Positions 29,930-40,183 of a stretch of 64,000 bases of DNA are shown one piece after another (position 1 is the stretch's first letter; every line of letters begins with the position of its first letter). Origin of the DNA: [Phormidium ambiguum] IAM M-71 (GTDB lineage Bacteria; Cyanobacteriota; Cyanobacteriia; Cyanobacteriales; Aerosakkonemataceae); contig NZ_MRCE01000032.1 in assembly GCF_001904725.1 (NCBI RefSeq), positions 1 through 64,000 on the forward strand. The letters run 5' to 3'. The position numbers were made by a program, and so were the translations under genes. The notes under the pieces are model-generated. The model ran no database searches and was not told the origin of the DNA. It worked only from the letters and a program-made list of their open reading frames with translations.

Positions 29930-30529
29930 CCCGACAGGCAAGAAATTACTTTTGGTACTTTAGTTTTATTGAGCATATTCACTCATTGACATTGGTTCTT
30001 TTTTCTTAATCTGTCACGAATGGACTTGAAGCAGTTAAAATCAGTTCCAGATTGGCAATCTGTCGCGGGTGAACTGAAGTAGTGAGCTTCGCTGCTTCAG
30101 TTCCTCAAGACCGTTTTGCGTTACCGCTCAACTAAACCTACTCAAAGGCTGAAAGTTCAGTCATTCGTAGTGGGTCAAGCACCAAAGGATTAAACGGCAA
30201 ACCCTTTATTCCTTGGGTTAATGATTTTCATGGCTCGACTTTAGCAGCAATGGAGGTGCGATCTTTATTCAGCAAAAATTACTCAAGTCAATTAACTTTT
30301 TGGATTTGATTAAGTCATTTAAATTAAGCAAACATTTACCAGGAAATCAAAGCGATCTGAGGAAATGTTGGATACATTAGTCCCTAATGTTCCAAATGCA
30401 AGGTTAGCTTGTCAGATTGACCTCACAGTTAATGTTAAAATTTCTAGATTTGATGAAGAATGTTGAAAGATCAAGCAGAATTAATGAGCGTAAATAGTTC
30501 GCTCTCTTTGACTTTCTAATTTATTGCAA

Positions 30530-32065
30530 TTATTCTTGATTCCAGAATTGTTTGTTTTTTTTATCAGTATGCAACTCATCTAATACATCTCTAATTTCAT
30601 TCCAGCCATCTGAAAATTTATAAAAATCTTTTTCTGGAGTCCGAATAGGCAAGCTTTCATATTCTTCAGAGTCATTTAATTTGGAAATATTTTTCATAAT
30701 CGAGAATAAAATTTCTGTTCCTAACTTTTGAGCAACCTCCTCTGCTTCAAAAATTTTTATATCATCTGAAGTAAAACTTCCGTGTAAAAGTTCATTTCTA
30801 ACTTGAATGAACTGAGGAGTAGCTTTATTACCCATGTATTTCTTCCAATCAATGCCTAAATCATCAATGAAGAATCGGATGACAGTCGAAAGGTACGGTG
30901 TTTTACTACTGCTTTGAGAATTTAGTTTTTTAAGCTTACTAAAAGAAGCCTGGTTCAAATCTACAAGTTGATTATTTTGCGAAACAGCACTGATTAGCTT
31001 TGAAAGTCCATTCATTTCCCAAAACCAGTAAGAATAGAAGTATTCAATTGCAGAACAGGCTGCCATTAATTTCAACTCTACAGTAGATTCATAAACTGTA
31101 ATCTTGAGGTGTTCAATTCCTCGGCTCAGTTGTTTGCTTAAAGGACAACATTCAAGAAATGAAGTAATATTGCCGAGAAAATGAATTCCTTGTGTAGGCC
31201 AAGATTTGCTAGTTCTAGGTATTCTTCTTCTCTCCCAAATAGGAATTATTCGACCAGAAATATATTTCTGTTTATAAAACATCGAATAATCATAATAAAT
31301 TGGTATAATTTCATAATCACAAATAATGCTAAGAAAAGCACAAGTATCATTAAGAACCTGCTCTAAATGTCTAACTAACGAAACTTCAATTTCTTTAGTC
31401 CCATCAATTATTAACTTAATTAGATGCTTGTTTCTTAATGGAATACTAATATCTATAAAACTAAACTTATAGAGAGTATCTATATTTCTTTTATAAACAA
31501 CATCGTGATCTTTGTGAGTGATAAACTTTTTACCACACTTGACTTCGTACCCTGAATTCAAGGCGCAATATAAACTTGGGTGAGCTATTTTAGTACTCAA
31601 GTTTCTGTCTCTTCGCTGGGGCATATTCTCAAATTCTGTAGCAAAAATCTCATCCATTGATGAAAACTCGTCATTTAAGTAAGCTCTTAATTGAATAAAA
31701 TAATCTGGCTGTTCTTCGGTAAAACAATTTTTTGGTAGCCCTGAATAAGTTATAAATCTAGCTACATAAAAGTTTGTTATTCCGTTATTAGTATCAAAAG
31801 GTGGTCTAGAATACCCAATTAAAAATATACTTCCTTGAATAACTAGAAGTTGCTGCTTCTCTTCTTGTATCTTTACGGCAGTTTTTAACCGTTTATCATC
31901 AGTAATACCTTTCCAGATTAGCTTGACATCTATATCGGCTTGCTCTACAAAGATGAGGCGTAGGCTAATTGTTATTGGTTGAACAGCGTCACCAATTAGA
32001 AGTTTGGCATCGCCATGATATGTCCAGTCTCCTGGAAAACCACCTAACCATCCGGGATGAGTCAT
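30530..32065 (-). CDS. Hypothetical protein (511 aa) in an AT-rich segment with a possible C-terminal HEPN-like motif
   Basis: GC content is markedly lower than the flanks. The motif RNELLHGS fits the HEPN Rx4-6H pattern. No other domain was recognised. Confidence 0.35.
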   Translation of the reverse strand: MTHPGWLGGFPGDWTYHGDAKLLIGDAVQPITISLRLIFVEQADIDVKLIWKGITDDKRLKTAVKIQEEKQQLLVIQGSIFLIGYSRPPFDTNNGITNFYVARFITYSGLPKNCFTEEQPDYFIQLRAYLNDEFSSMDEIFATEFENMPQRRDRNLSTKIAHPSLYCALNSGYEVKCGKKFITHKDHDVVYKRNIDTLYKFSFIDISIPLRNKHLIKLIIDGTKEIEVSLVRHLEQVLNDTCAFLSIICDYEIIPIYYDYSMFYKQKYISGRIIPIWERRRIPRTSKSWPTQGIHFLGNITSFLECCPLSKQLSRGIEHLKITVYESTVELKLMAACSAIEYFYSYWFWEMNGLSKLISAVSQNNQLVDLNQASFSKLKKLNSQSSSKTPYLSTVIRFFIDDLGIDWKKYMGNKATPQFIQVRNELLHGSFTSDDIKIFEAEEVAQKLGTEILFSIMKNISKLNDSEEYESLPIRTPEKDFYKFSDGWNEIRDVLDELHTDKKNKQFWNQE

Positions 32066-32649
32066 ATAAAGTTGCTCTGTCTGAATGCCTTATAAATGAG
32101 AAATTTGAAGATTTACACTACACTGTAACATATTTGTAGTACTTATAGGTGTTAAGACTTGATAATATGATATAAATATCCTACTTATCCTCAAGAACTT
32201 GCCAAAGAATTGATTCAGCGTGAGATTTGCGATCTCTTAATTCAAAGTGAGTACGGAAAATATTTGGATATTCGATCTGTAGCCGATTGGCAACAGGTTT
32301 TAATCGTTGATTATGACCAGCTTGAACCTTTGATTTTAGGCAAACAAAATTCTCAACGTCAGCGAATTCTACTAACACCAGAACCAATTTTTTTATGAAA
32401 AAACCTCTGGAAGTAGCGGTGCAGTTAAATGGATTCCTTACACGCGAACGCTGCGAAATCGCCGATTAATACTGCACTTTTTGAGCAACTGAAATTTCAG
32501 ATTCAATCAAATATTTAAGTGAGTAACTCATCAATATTCATAGTTCTAGCCTCCCGCTTCCATATTTAGTTTAAGGAATTTGTTCTATTATTTGTTTCAC
32601 TAATTCGGAAGCTGAATCTAATTGATTTAGATTCACATTTGTATAGTAG

Positions 32650-33477
32650 TCAGGCATCCGAGCGATTTTTCTCACCACTGTTGCTCTCATCAGCATTTCC
32701 TTTCCTCGCTCCTAATCCATTGATAGAACATTCGATTTGTCTTGCGCCACTATAGAGAGCAGCTATTGAATTTTCGACAGCCAAACCTAAATCATCATGA
32801 CAGTGAACTGAGAGTGTAATGCCATGATTGATCTCCCTCACCCGTTGCTGTATCATTTGAATTAGTTGAGCAAATGATTCCGGGGAAGCTGTTCCCAGAC
32901 TATCAGGAATACTGATGGTAGTTGCTCCACTAGTACAAGCTGTTTCCACCGCCTGACATAAGAAATCTGGTTCACAGCGAGTGGCATCAAACGCTGACCA
33001 TTCGACATCTGCACAATAGTTTTTTGCTGTAGTCACGCTTTCTCGAATCCGGGCTAGTGTTTCTGCTTGACTGTGGATCGATCGATCTTTTAAATTTACA
33101 GGAGTGTAAAGATGAATTCTACCTTGAGCCGCAGGTTTAATCGCCTGGGCTGCCACCATAATTTCTTCAAGTTTATCGCTAGCTAAAGCACAAACAATCG
33201 ACTCTTTTACAAGTTGAGCCACTTGGAAGACAGCAGCAAAATCTTTCTCTTTAGCTGCCGGATATCCCACCTCAATTACGTCAACCTTCATGAATTCTAA
33301 AAACTGAGCCAATTCCAGTTTTTGCTCCACATTAATTTGCACCCCTGGCATCAATTCTCCATCGCGCAGAGTAGTGTCAAAAATGATGACTTTGTTTCCA
33401 TCTTCTCCAGCCATATTGCACCTCGCGCCAGTCCTCGCTCGACAAAAACTTAGCCGTTCCAGTGGCGCAACCGCCAC
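32650..33477 (-). pseudogene. Truncated 2-isopropylmalate/homocitrate synthase-like gene (HMGL-like catalytic TIM barrel only, LeuA/NifV family)
   Basis: IFDTTLRDGE, HCHDDLGLAVENSIAAL and INGLGARKGNAD are present. The C-terminal half of the family is missing. The likely true Met is at MAGEDGNKV. Confidence 0.55.
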
Positions 33478-33510
33478 TTAAGTTTCAGAACTAGTACTCA
33501 TTCTGAAACT

Positions 33511-34170
33511 ATGAAACTGCTAACTTTATCAGACTTCCAATCAATTAAAAGTCACAAATCAACCTCTCTAGTTTCTAGCCACATTCAACAACAATTCCAG
33601 TTACTTGTCAAACAAATGTTAATAGGATTACCAGTAGAACCAATCCTTGACAATTATCCCCAATTTCAACAATGGATTGTGTCGTTAAAAGAACTAGTAC
33701 CTAGTCTATTTGTTCCCCACAAGAAGCTTTTTGTTGACCTAGCAATTACGGCTCGACTAGCGTGGAATTTGGATGCAAACAATACTTCTTCTCCTTCATC
33801 TTTCCCGCTCATTGAAGTTCGGACAAATGTAGGGATTATTAAAAGAAGAAAGCACTTATTTGAATGGGGAATTCGGCATTCTAGCCTGAGTTATTCTGAC
33901 CGAATTAAGTTATGGGTAGCGACTGAGCATTTTCAAGTAAATCCTGATGAAATGCAACTGACTGTTTTAGCACTGCATCCAACAAAAACTGCTCAAAAAG
34001 TAGTATTTAATTGGGATAGCAAGCAACACAAACAGACAAAGAATTGGTTGATTAACAAAATTACCAAACAAACGAATCAGTCATTTCAACCATCTAATGT
34101 TATTGTTAATTCCGATACAGCGAGTACTCTAGCAAAAAGTCTAGACGAAATCGATGAAGTACTGCTCTAA
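33511..34170 (+). CDS. Hypothetical protein (219 aa)
   Basis: The ORF is supported only by length and codon usage. No motif was recognised. Confidence 0.35.
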   Translation: MKLLTLSDFQSIKSHKSTSLVSSHIQQQFQLLVKQMLIGLPVEPILDNYPQFQQWIVSLKELVPSLFVPHKKLFVDLAITARLAWNLDANNTSSPSSFPLIEVRTNVGIIKRRKHLFEWGIRHSSLSYSDRIKLWVATEHFQVNPDEMQLTVLALHPTKTAQKVVFNWDSKQHKQTKNWLINKITKQTNQSFQPSNVIVNSDTASTLAKSLDEIDEVLL

Positions 34171-34327
34171 GCAATTTGTGAACTCATCTATGCAGACAGA
34201 AATAGTCCTGTCTGCATAAATATCTTGTTAAAATTATTACTTTTTCTTCTCTCAATCGGCTGATGTCATTTTCAATCCTCGCCGGAAAAGATAGTGGAAG
34301 AAACCAGAATCAACAGCACAAGTAAAA

Positions 34328-34990
34328 ATGATTACCAATACTGAGATTAAGGCAAAAACCGTTCTGATTGTGGAAGACAATCCGATGTTGCAAGTGGGAC
34401 TGCGGCACGCACTCTCTGCCCAGCCCGCACTGAAGGTGATAGGACAAGTCGAGGATGGTCTGCAAGCCGTAAATATGGCAGTCCAGTTAAAACCAGACAT
34501 TGCCTTGGTTGATATTGAATTACCTGGGATGGACGGTATTACACTTACAGGGCGAATCAAAGAGGTGCTGCCGGATACGCGCATTATCATTTTCACCCAC
34601 TACACCAATCCAACTAAAGTGATGGCAGCTTTATCGAGTGGGGCTAACGGATACTGCGTTAAAGGTGTTAGTATCCCTCAACTAGAGGCAGCAATTATGG
34701 CAGTGTCCGATGGAAACTGGTATTTAGATGCTAAAATTGCCGACTGCGTGTTGCAAAATATTAGACAACCACTGCCCGATGGGGAAGAACTAGAAGAAGT
34801 TCGATTGACCGAACGTGAAATGGAAGTGTTGCAACAACTGGTTGAAGGTAAAAGTAATACAGAAATTGGTGTTGAACTGGGGGTAAGTGCAAACACGATT
34901 AAAGGTCACGTACAGCAGATCATTCACAAGCTCAAGGCAAGCGATCGCACTCAGGCAGCAGTTAAAGCATTACGCTTGGGTTTAGTTTAA
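34328..34990 (+). CDS. NarL/FixJ-family response regulator (REC + LuxR-type HTH)
   Basis: The REC domain has LIVEDNPM...DIELPGMDG. The LuxR HTH reads EREMEVLQQLVEGKSNTEIGVELGVSANTIKGHVQQIIHKL. Confidence 0.8.
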   Translation: MITNTEIKAKTVLIVEDNPMLQVGLRHALSAQPALKVIGQVEDGLQAVNMAVQLKPDIALVDIELPGMDGITLTGRIKEVLPDTRIIIFTHYTNPTKVMAALSSGANGYCVKGVSIPQLEAAIMAVSDGNWYLDAKIADCVLQNIRQPLPDGEELEEVRLTEREMEVLQQLVEGKSNTEIGVELGVSANTIKGHVQQIIHKLKASDRTQAAVKALRLGLV

Positions 34991-35227
34991 CATTCCATAT
35001 AAGGAGTTAGATATTAACTCGGCTAATACGATCGCTCCTGCGTTGACTCGTGGCAAAATCTCCATAATTAAAAATAAGTCAGTTCTTTTATCTGCTGGAG
35101 TACCGCTAAATAATCTGGGTGAGGATAGCCATAGATTTGCATAAGCTGTTTGGCTTTCATTCGCAATTCGATTAAGGTTGCTTGGTCATTTTGATGGTGA
35201 TGATTAGACATAGTTTCACCTAATTGG

Positions 35228-36418
35228 TTAATGGATATCTGTCTGCGCGATCGAGAGTGGCAATGTAAACCAAAAAAGCGTGCCTTTACCCAACTCGCTT
35301 TCAACTCCAATGTGTCCACCATGAGCTTCTACAATTTGGCGACAAATGTAAAGCCCTAAACCAGACCCAGTACGATTTTTTGCACCCCTTCCCCGCACGT
35401 ACAAATCAAATAATTTGTCGCATTCAGTCTTGGGAATACCAATGCCATTATCAACAACACTTACTCTTAGCATGGATGTTTTAGCATCTACCTGGGCATC
35501 TAATGTCAAAGTAATACCCGGTGAATTATATTTAAGAGCATTCCCAATTAAATTTTCAAATACTCGCCACAATTGCTCAGGATCGACATGAATATAGGGT
35601 AACTTTGAAAGGATGCGATTGTTAAGGACAACTCGTGATGAGGTTAACATCGGAAACCATGCTTTGATGACACTGTTTGTCAAAGCAAAAAGCGAAATTG
35701 ATTGCAAGTTTAACGGATAGTTGTTAGCTTCTAACTTTTGCGTTTCCACCAAAGAATCAATTAATTGAAGCTGTCGAATACAACTAGCCAACATCATTTC
35801 TACAGTTGGTTTGTCAAGTACAATATTTTCGGTACTATTACTCAGATAACTTTGCAGTAACAACGAAATACCTGTCACCGGATTTCGCAAATCGTGGGAA
35901 ACAGCATGAACAAAAACCTTCAAACGTCCTTCTGCCTGCTGTCGCTGTTTAATTTCTCGCTCTAACTGAATATTGCGTTGAGCAAGTTGTTCGTTTTTTG
36001 CAAATAGTTCCTGTTGATAGCGACGCATTACTAATTGTTGTTCGACTCGCGCCACTACTTCAATCGGTTCAAACGGTTTGGTTATGTAATCAGCACCTCC
36101 CGTCTGAAAACCTTTTACCTTGTCAAAGACATCATCGGCAGCGCTAATAAAAATAATCGGTATTCCCTTTGTAATATCGGATGCTTTGAGCCGTCTGCAA
36201 ACTTCATAACCATCCATATCTGGCATTCGGATATCGAGTAAAATTAGGTCAGGCACTTGCAGGGCGATCGCTTTCAGTGCCCTTTCTCCACTTACCACTT
36301 TTCGTACCCGATAGCCGTTGTCAACTAGCATTGATGAGAGCAGCCGGATATTATCGGGAATGTCGTCAACAATCAAGATATCAGGACTAATCAAGTTTTC
36401 ATTCATCGCGATTACCAT
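35228..36418 (-). CDS. Hybrid sensor histidine kinase with an N-terminal receiver domain
   Basis: The REC domain has [10 protein letters not shown]...DIRMPDMDG. The H-box is [14 protein letters not shown]. HATPase_c motifs N, G1 and G2 (GSGLGLYI) are present. Confidence 0.8.
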   Translation of the reverse strand: MVIAMNENLISPDILIVDDIPDNIRLLSSMLVDNGYRVRKVVSGERALKAIALQVPDLILLDIRMPDMDGYEVCRRLKASDITKGIPIIFISAADDVFDKVKGFQTGGADYITKPFEPIEVVARVEQQLVMRRYQQELFAKNEQLAQRNIQLEREIKQRQQAEGRLKVFVHAVSHDLRNPVTGISLLLQSYLSNSTENIVLDKPTVEMMLASCIRQLQLIDSLVETQKLEANNYPLNLQSISLFALTNSVIKAWFPMLTSSRVVLNNRILSKLPYIHVDPEQLWRVFENLIGNALKYNSPGITLTLDAQVDAKTSMLRVSVVDNGIGIPKTECDKLFDLYVRGRGAKNRTGSGLGLYICRQIVEAHGGHIGVESELGKGTLFWFTLPLSIAQTDIH

Positions 36419-38327
36419 TAATTGCTCTTTTTTTTAAGAGTTCCCGAAATTTGCCCATCGCTATCTTCCCAGTCGCTTTTTGGTCTGACTTCACATCAGC
36501 AGTTGTCACTGGCTCAGTTGGGTCATTGGGTAGCGGTAGCAATTCATACGCAGCACGAATGCGATTATCGAGTTCCGTATCGATATCGATCGATTGTTTG
36601 GTCTTAGGGTCAAGTGAGTGCCAATAAGCTCGTTTTTCCAGTTGCGATCGAATGTTCGTATCCCACAATGCTTCCGACTCTTTAGCACGTTTGAGGTCAC
36701 TAGGCTTCACAGGAACTTTTAAGGGATAGGGAAATAGCGCTTCCGTACCAGAACCATAAGCAGGAGACGTAATTACGCACTTACCTTGGGGAAATCTTAG
36801 AATTTCGTCAACACTAATCAGCGGTTTCTTTTGCAATTGTTCGTTCCAATTGACAGAACGACTGGTCTGATGACCCATCGAACTACCCGTCGAGCGATTT
36901 TTAACCAGTACCTCTACTTCGCCGTAACGTTTAGAGTATTTCTCAGCGGTATCGTAATCACCTGGATTGAATAGCACATGGGTAGAAAGGGCACTAGCGA
37001 TCGCAGCCCCTTTTTTATCCCCGTAAAGGTTATACAATTGGTTCAAGCTTTGAATGCCCACAATGGGAACACCACCAGCACTGCGATATTCGTTAGCCCA
37101 TTGATCCATGCGATCGAATTTCAGTGAGGGGAATTCGTCCAAACAATACACGAAGGGGTCTTTTCTCTGTTTGGATAAATTACTGACGACGCACAAGTGA
37201 ATGGCAGCAGCTAAAAGCGGCCCAACTACAGCACGTCTTTGGTCATCTAATTTGAAAATGATGCACTTTTTCCCTGATAAAACAATCGGGATGGTACTTT
37301 GACCGATAAAGGCTCTTAGTAAATCTTTTTGAATGAAAGCCGAATAAGTTGCTTCGGCGGTAGCTTTGATACCTGCTACAGTTTTTTCAGCATCTTTGGA
37401 ACTTAAAAGTTGAGAGAAACTAGCAGCAATCCATCGATCCATTTTCAAAGGATGACCGTCAGGACGGTGAACGGCATGATGAATGCGCTTGACTAAATCT
37501 GGTAATTGAATGATTGCATAGACCATTGCTAAATCTGGATAGGGACTACCTTTAGCTAGCTGTACTAATCCCTTTGCCATCAACTCACCAGCTTTCTCAA
37601 AAAACTCGTTACCTTTGCTATCTCCCAAACTGGCATTACGCGCAATTACCGAACCAATTTCTGCTGCCATGACTGCATCTTGAGCATCTCTCATAAAATC
37701 CAGGGGGTTAATAACACCCGAATAAGTTTCCCCCGGTGCAAACACCTGCACGTCATAACCGTAACGAACAGCTAAGGGAGCGTGTAATTTCATTTGCTCG
37801 CCTTTTTTATCGTAAATAATGACTGGAAATCCTTGTTGAAATGCGCTTTCAACTAAACGGTCAATAACGCTAAAAGTTTTACCACTACCTGGTGCGCCAA
37901 TTACCAAAATACCGCGTTCGGCGTGAGGGAACCAAACAGTAGGAGAAGCACTTAGTAAGGTTTGTAAGTAAGAGCTTAAACCCTTTAATTTACCAGGTAG
38001 CCAATAACTTGGGCTACCACTCCACAAAGTTACAGGTTGTCGTTTTTTTTCTTTAATTTGTTTGAGAGATAGACCTGTGGCTGTCATTTTTTCTGCTACA
38101 CCACACAAGCGTCCAGATGTTACTTTACCCTTGCCTGTTCCTACCAGTTTGGAAAAAATGATTAATCCTAAAAACATCCCTAACATTCCCAGCCCTTCTG
38201 GGTTCATAAACTGACCTATTAATCCACTAAATTCAATACCAATTAGCGGACGTTTAGCTGGTTGGCTTGTTGTTTGCAGCAGAATAGGTTGAGGATTTTG
38301 TTGAACAATGAATTGATGGTTTTGCAT
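36399..38327 (-). CDS. Type IV secretion coupling protein (VirD4/TraG/TraD family)
   Basis: An N-terminal TM segment is present. Walker A is [20 protein letters not shown] is Walker B-like. The size is 642 aa. Confidence 0.65.
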   Translation of the reverse strand: MQNHQFIVQQNPQPILLQTTSQPAKRPLIGIEFSGLIGQFMNPEGLGMLGMFLGLIIFSKLVGTGKGKVTSGRLCGVAEKMTATGLSLKQIKEKKRQPVTLWSGSPSYWLPGKLKGLSSYLQTLLSASPTVWFPHAERGILVIGAPGSGKTFSVIDRLVESAFQQGFPVIIYDKKGEQMKLHAPLAVRYGYDVQVFAPGETYSGVINPLDFMRDAQDAVMAAEIGSVIARNASLGDSKGNEFFEKAGELMAKGLVQLAKGSPYPDLAMVYAIIQLPDLVKRIHHAVHRPDGHPLKMDRWIAASFSQLLSSKDAEKTVAGIKATAEATYSAFIQKDLLRAFIGQSTIPIVLSGKKCIIFKLDDQRRAVVGPLLAAAIHLCVVSNLSKQRKDPFVYCLDEFPSLKFDRMDQWANEYRSAGGVPIVGIQSLNQLYNLYGDKKGAAIASALSTHVLFNPGDYDTAEKYSKRYGEVEVLVKNRSTGSSMGHQTSRSVNWNEQLQKKPLISVDEILRFPQGKCVITSPAYGSGTEALFPYPLKVPVKPSDLKRAKESEALWDTNIRSQLEKRAYWHSLDPKTKQSIDIDTELDNRIRAAYELLPLPNDPTEPVTTADVKSDQKATGKIAMGKFRELLKKRAINGNRDE

Positions 38328-38504
38328 AGTTAATTAGGGGGTAGGTGTTAGGTGTTAGGGGTTAGGGATTGGGGTGTAGGGAACGAATATTAGACAATGC
38401 GAAAGAGAGCTTTTACCCAATTGTTTTCCCTACCTCCTAACCCCTTTTCCTCCAAAACGGCTATCGCCTTTAATGAAAGACAATAGTGCTTAGGATTTGC
38501 CAAA

Positions 38505-39506
38505 ATGGTTAAAACTAATAATGCTAAATCGCCCAATCAAAACAGTTCTAAACAAAAGCAAACAACTCAATTTGAAGTAGATCCAGAATTGCTGAATCCT
38601 CAATACAATCAAACTAGACGACCTTCATTGCCATACGGCATCATCATTAATGACAACCCGGCTGGTATTTTAATTCCAACCGACCAACTCGTGAAAGCTG
38701 AGTGGAAAATAATGCCGACAGAAGAAGAGTTGATGACAGTTGACTTAACTGAAGCCGTAACGGGTCTATTTCTAGGTAATGCGCGGATGTTAGTGTTAGC
38801 TTTTGTGCCAGAGTACATTCGCTACAAAGATATAGAAGAAAACGGTGAATTAGCTGGAACATTTGTTGGCTTGTATGATGAATATCGTCAAATTCTAGAT
38901 AAGAAGACGCAGGAAGTGTGTTCGGAACACGCTCTCATCTTTCTCAATTCCAAGAACCAACCGCTGCATAAAAATCCGATTGTGGTGCGATTTAAAAATG
39001 TAGCACTTTGGAGTTTTAAGAGCGCTCGTGAAGAGTTTTATCGTCATTTAGAAAAGGTATTTGCCGATTATTTTGAGGTAGATTATAGCGGCAAGAATGA
39101 CAAGTGGCGTTCTTTAGGTGTTCTAAACATCAAATTTCAAGCTGTCAAAGAAGGAGAAGGAAAGAACAAATCATTTTGCTGTAAAACGGCTAACATTACT
39201 AAGCCAACTCTAGAGAATCTGCCTAAACTATACTTGGGAACTCCCGAACATAAGAAAACATTTTGGGGTTTACATCAGGATATTGCTGGTTTTATTGAAG
39301 TTGGGGAATCACAATTACCTGCGTTAGCTAAGAGTGGAGAACCGGAGGAAGTTGAGGTATTACCTACTGTTGATAGCCGTGGGGGTAAAAATAAATCGAA
39401 ACCACCTCGTCGAATTAAACAAGTTGAAGAGTCTGATGCTGAACTAGAGGAATTGGATGATTTTGAAACGATTGAAGTTGATGCAGAGGTTGATTTAGAA
39501 GACTAA
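38505..39506 (+). CDS. Hypothetical protein (333 aa) with an acidic C-terminal tail
   Basis: The ORF was called on length. The C-terminus is EESDAELEELDDFETIEVDAEVDLED. Confidence 0.4.
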   Translation: MVKTNNAKSPNQNSSKQKQTTQFEVDPELLNPQYNQTRRPSLPYGIIINDNPAGILIPTDQLVKAEWKIMPTEEELMTVDLTEAVTGLFLGNARMLVLAFVPEYIRYKDIEENGELAGTFVGLYDEYRQILDKKTQEVCSEHALIFLNSKNQPLHKNPIVVRFKNVALWSFKSAREEFYRHLEKVFADYFEVDYSGKNDKWRSLGVLNIKFQAVKEGEGKNKSFCCKTANITKPTLENLPKLYLGTPEHKKTFWGLHQDIAGFIEVGESQLPALAKSGEPEEVEVLPTVDSRGGKNKSKPPRRIKQVEESDAELEELDDFETIEVDAEVDLED

Positions 39507-39563
39507 TTGAGATACTAAGGAAGTAGACAGTGAAAAGTAGCTTTTTTCTACATTTGCAATTGT

Positions 39564-40172
39564 CTACTCCTTACTCTCTACTGCCCGGTTTCTTTTTTCT
39601 ACCAATTGATAAGTCAAGCGCTCGTAACAAAACTTAAGCTGAGTTTGATTGTTACTAGATTGTTGAGTAGCTACCAAACAAGGCATTCCGTTATAAGTTG
39701 ATTCAGCTTCAGCTTGGAATAAAGGGATTTCTGGTGGTAGGTTGGGATTGAGATAAGCTGCGAATACTTCTTTTGACACCTGAGTTTGAGCAAAGGGAAT
39801 GAAGTATCCTACATAAAGACAGCCGATTTGACCGCAGATATTAGGTTGATGAAAATCATAAATGTTTAATACTCCTTCTCTGCCCTTTACTTGCCACACT
39901 TTCATTTGATCGATCGCACTTTGAAGTTCTGTTAAATTGCTGTGAGATTGAACAATTTGAACTAAAGTTTCTCTTGGTGTCAATTTAGTAGCAGGCTGCC
40001 AAGAAGATAAAATCGTTTTGGCTGAACTATTAGAAGTACAAGCGGTAGTTCCTAACAGCAATGTGATGACACTAAAAAGTATTAAACCAATCCGAAACCA
40101 ATAGGCACTACGATTTAACCAAACAGGCGGTTTTCTAGGTGGCGAGGAAAGTGTAGAAGAATTATTTGGCAT
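39564..40172 (-). CDS. Small membrane-anchored hypothetical protein
   Basis: From the likely start MPNNSS, a TM helix is predicted at FRIGLILFSVITLLLG. The table ORF extends upstream to 40262. Confidence 0.4.
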   Translation of the reverse strand: MPNNSSTLSSPPRKPPVWLNRSAYWFRIGLILFSVITLLLGTTACTSNSSAKTILSSWQPATKLTPRETLVQIVQSHSNLTELQSAIDQMKVWQVKGREGVLNIYDFHQPNICGQIGCLYVGYFIPFAQTQVSKEVFAAYLNPNLPPEIPLFQAEAESTYNGMPCLVATQQSSNNQTQLKFCYERLTYQLVEKRNRAVESKE

Positions 40173-40183
40173 CTTTTTTCTAG

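Noticed and set aside
35068-35322. 84-aa minus ORF downstream of the hybrid kinase
   Set aside because: The 5' third overlaps the kinase gene. Only a ~47-aa His-rich tail (MSNHHHQ...) could be independent, and there is too little evidence to call it.
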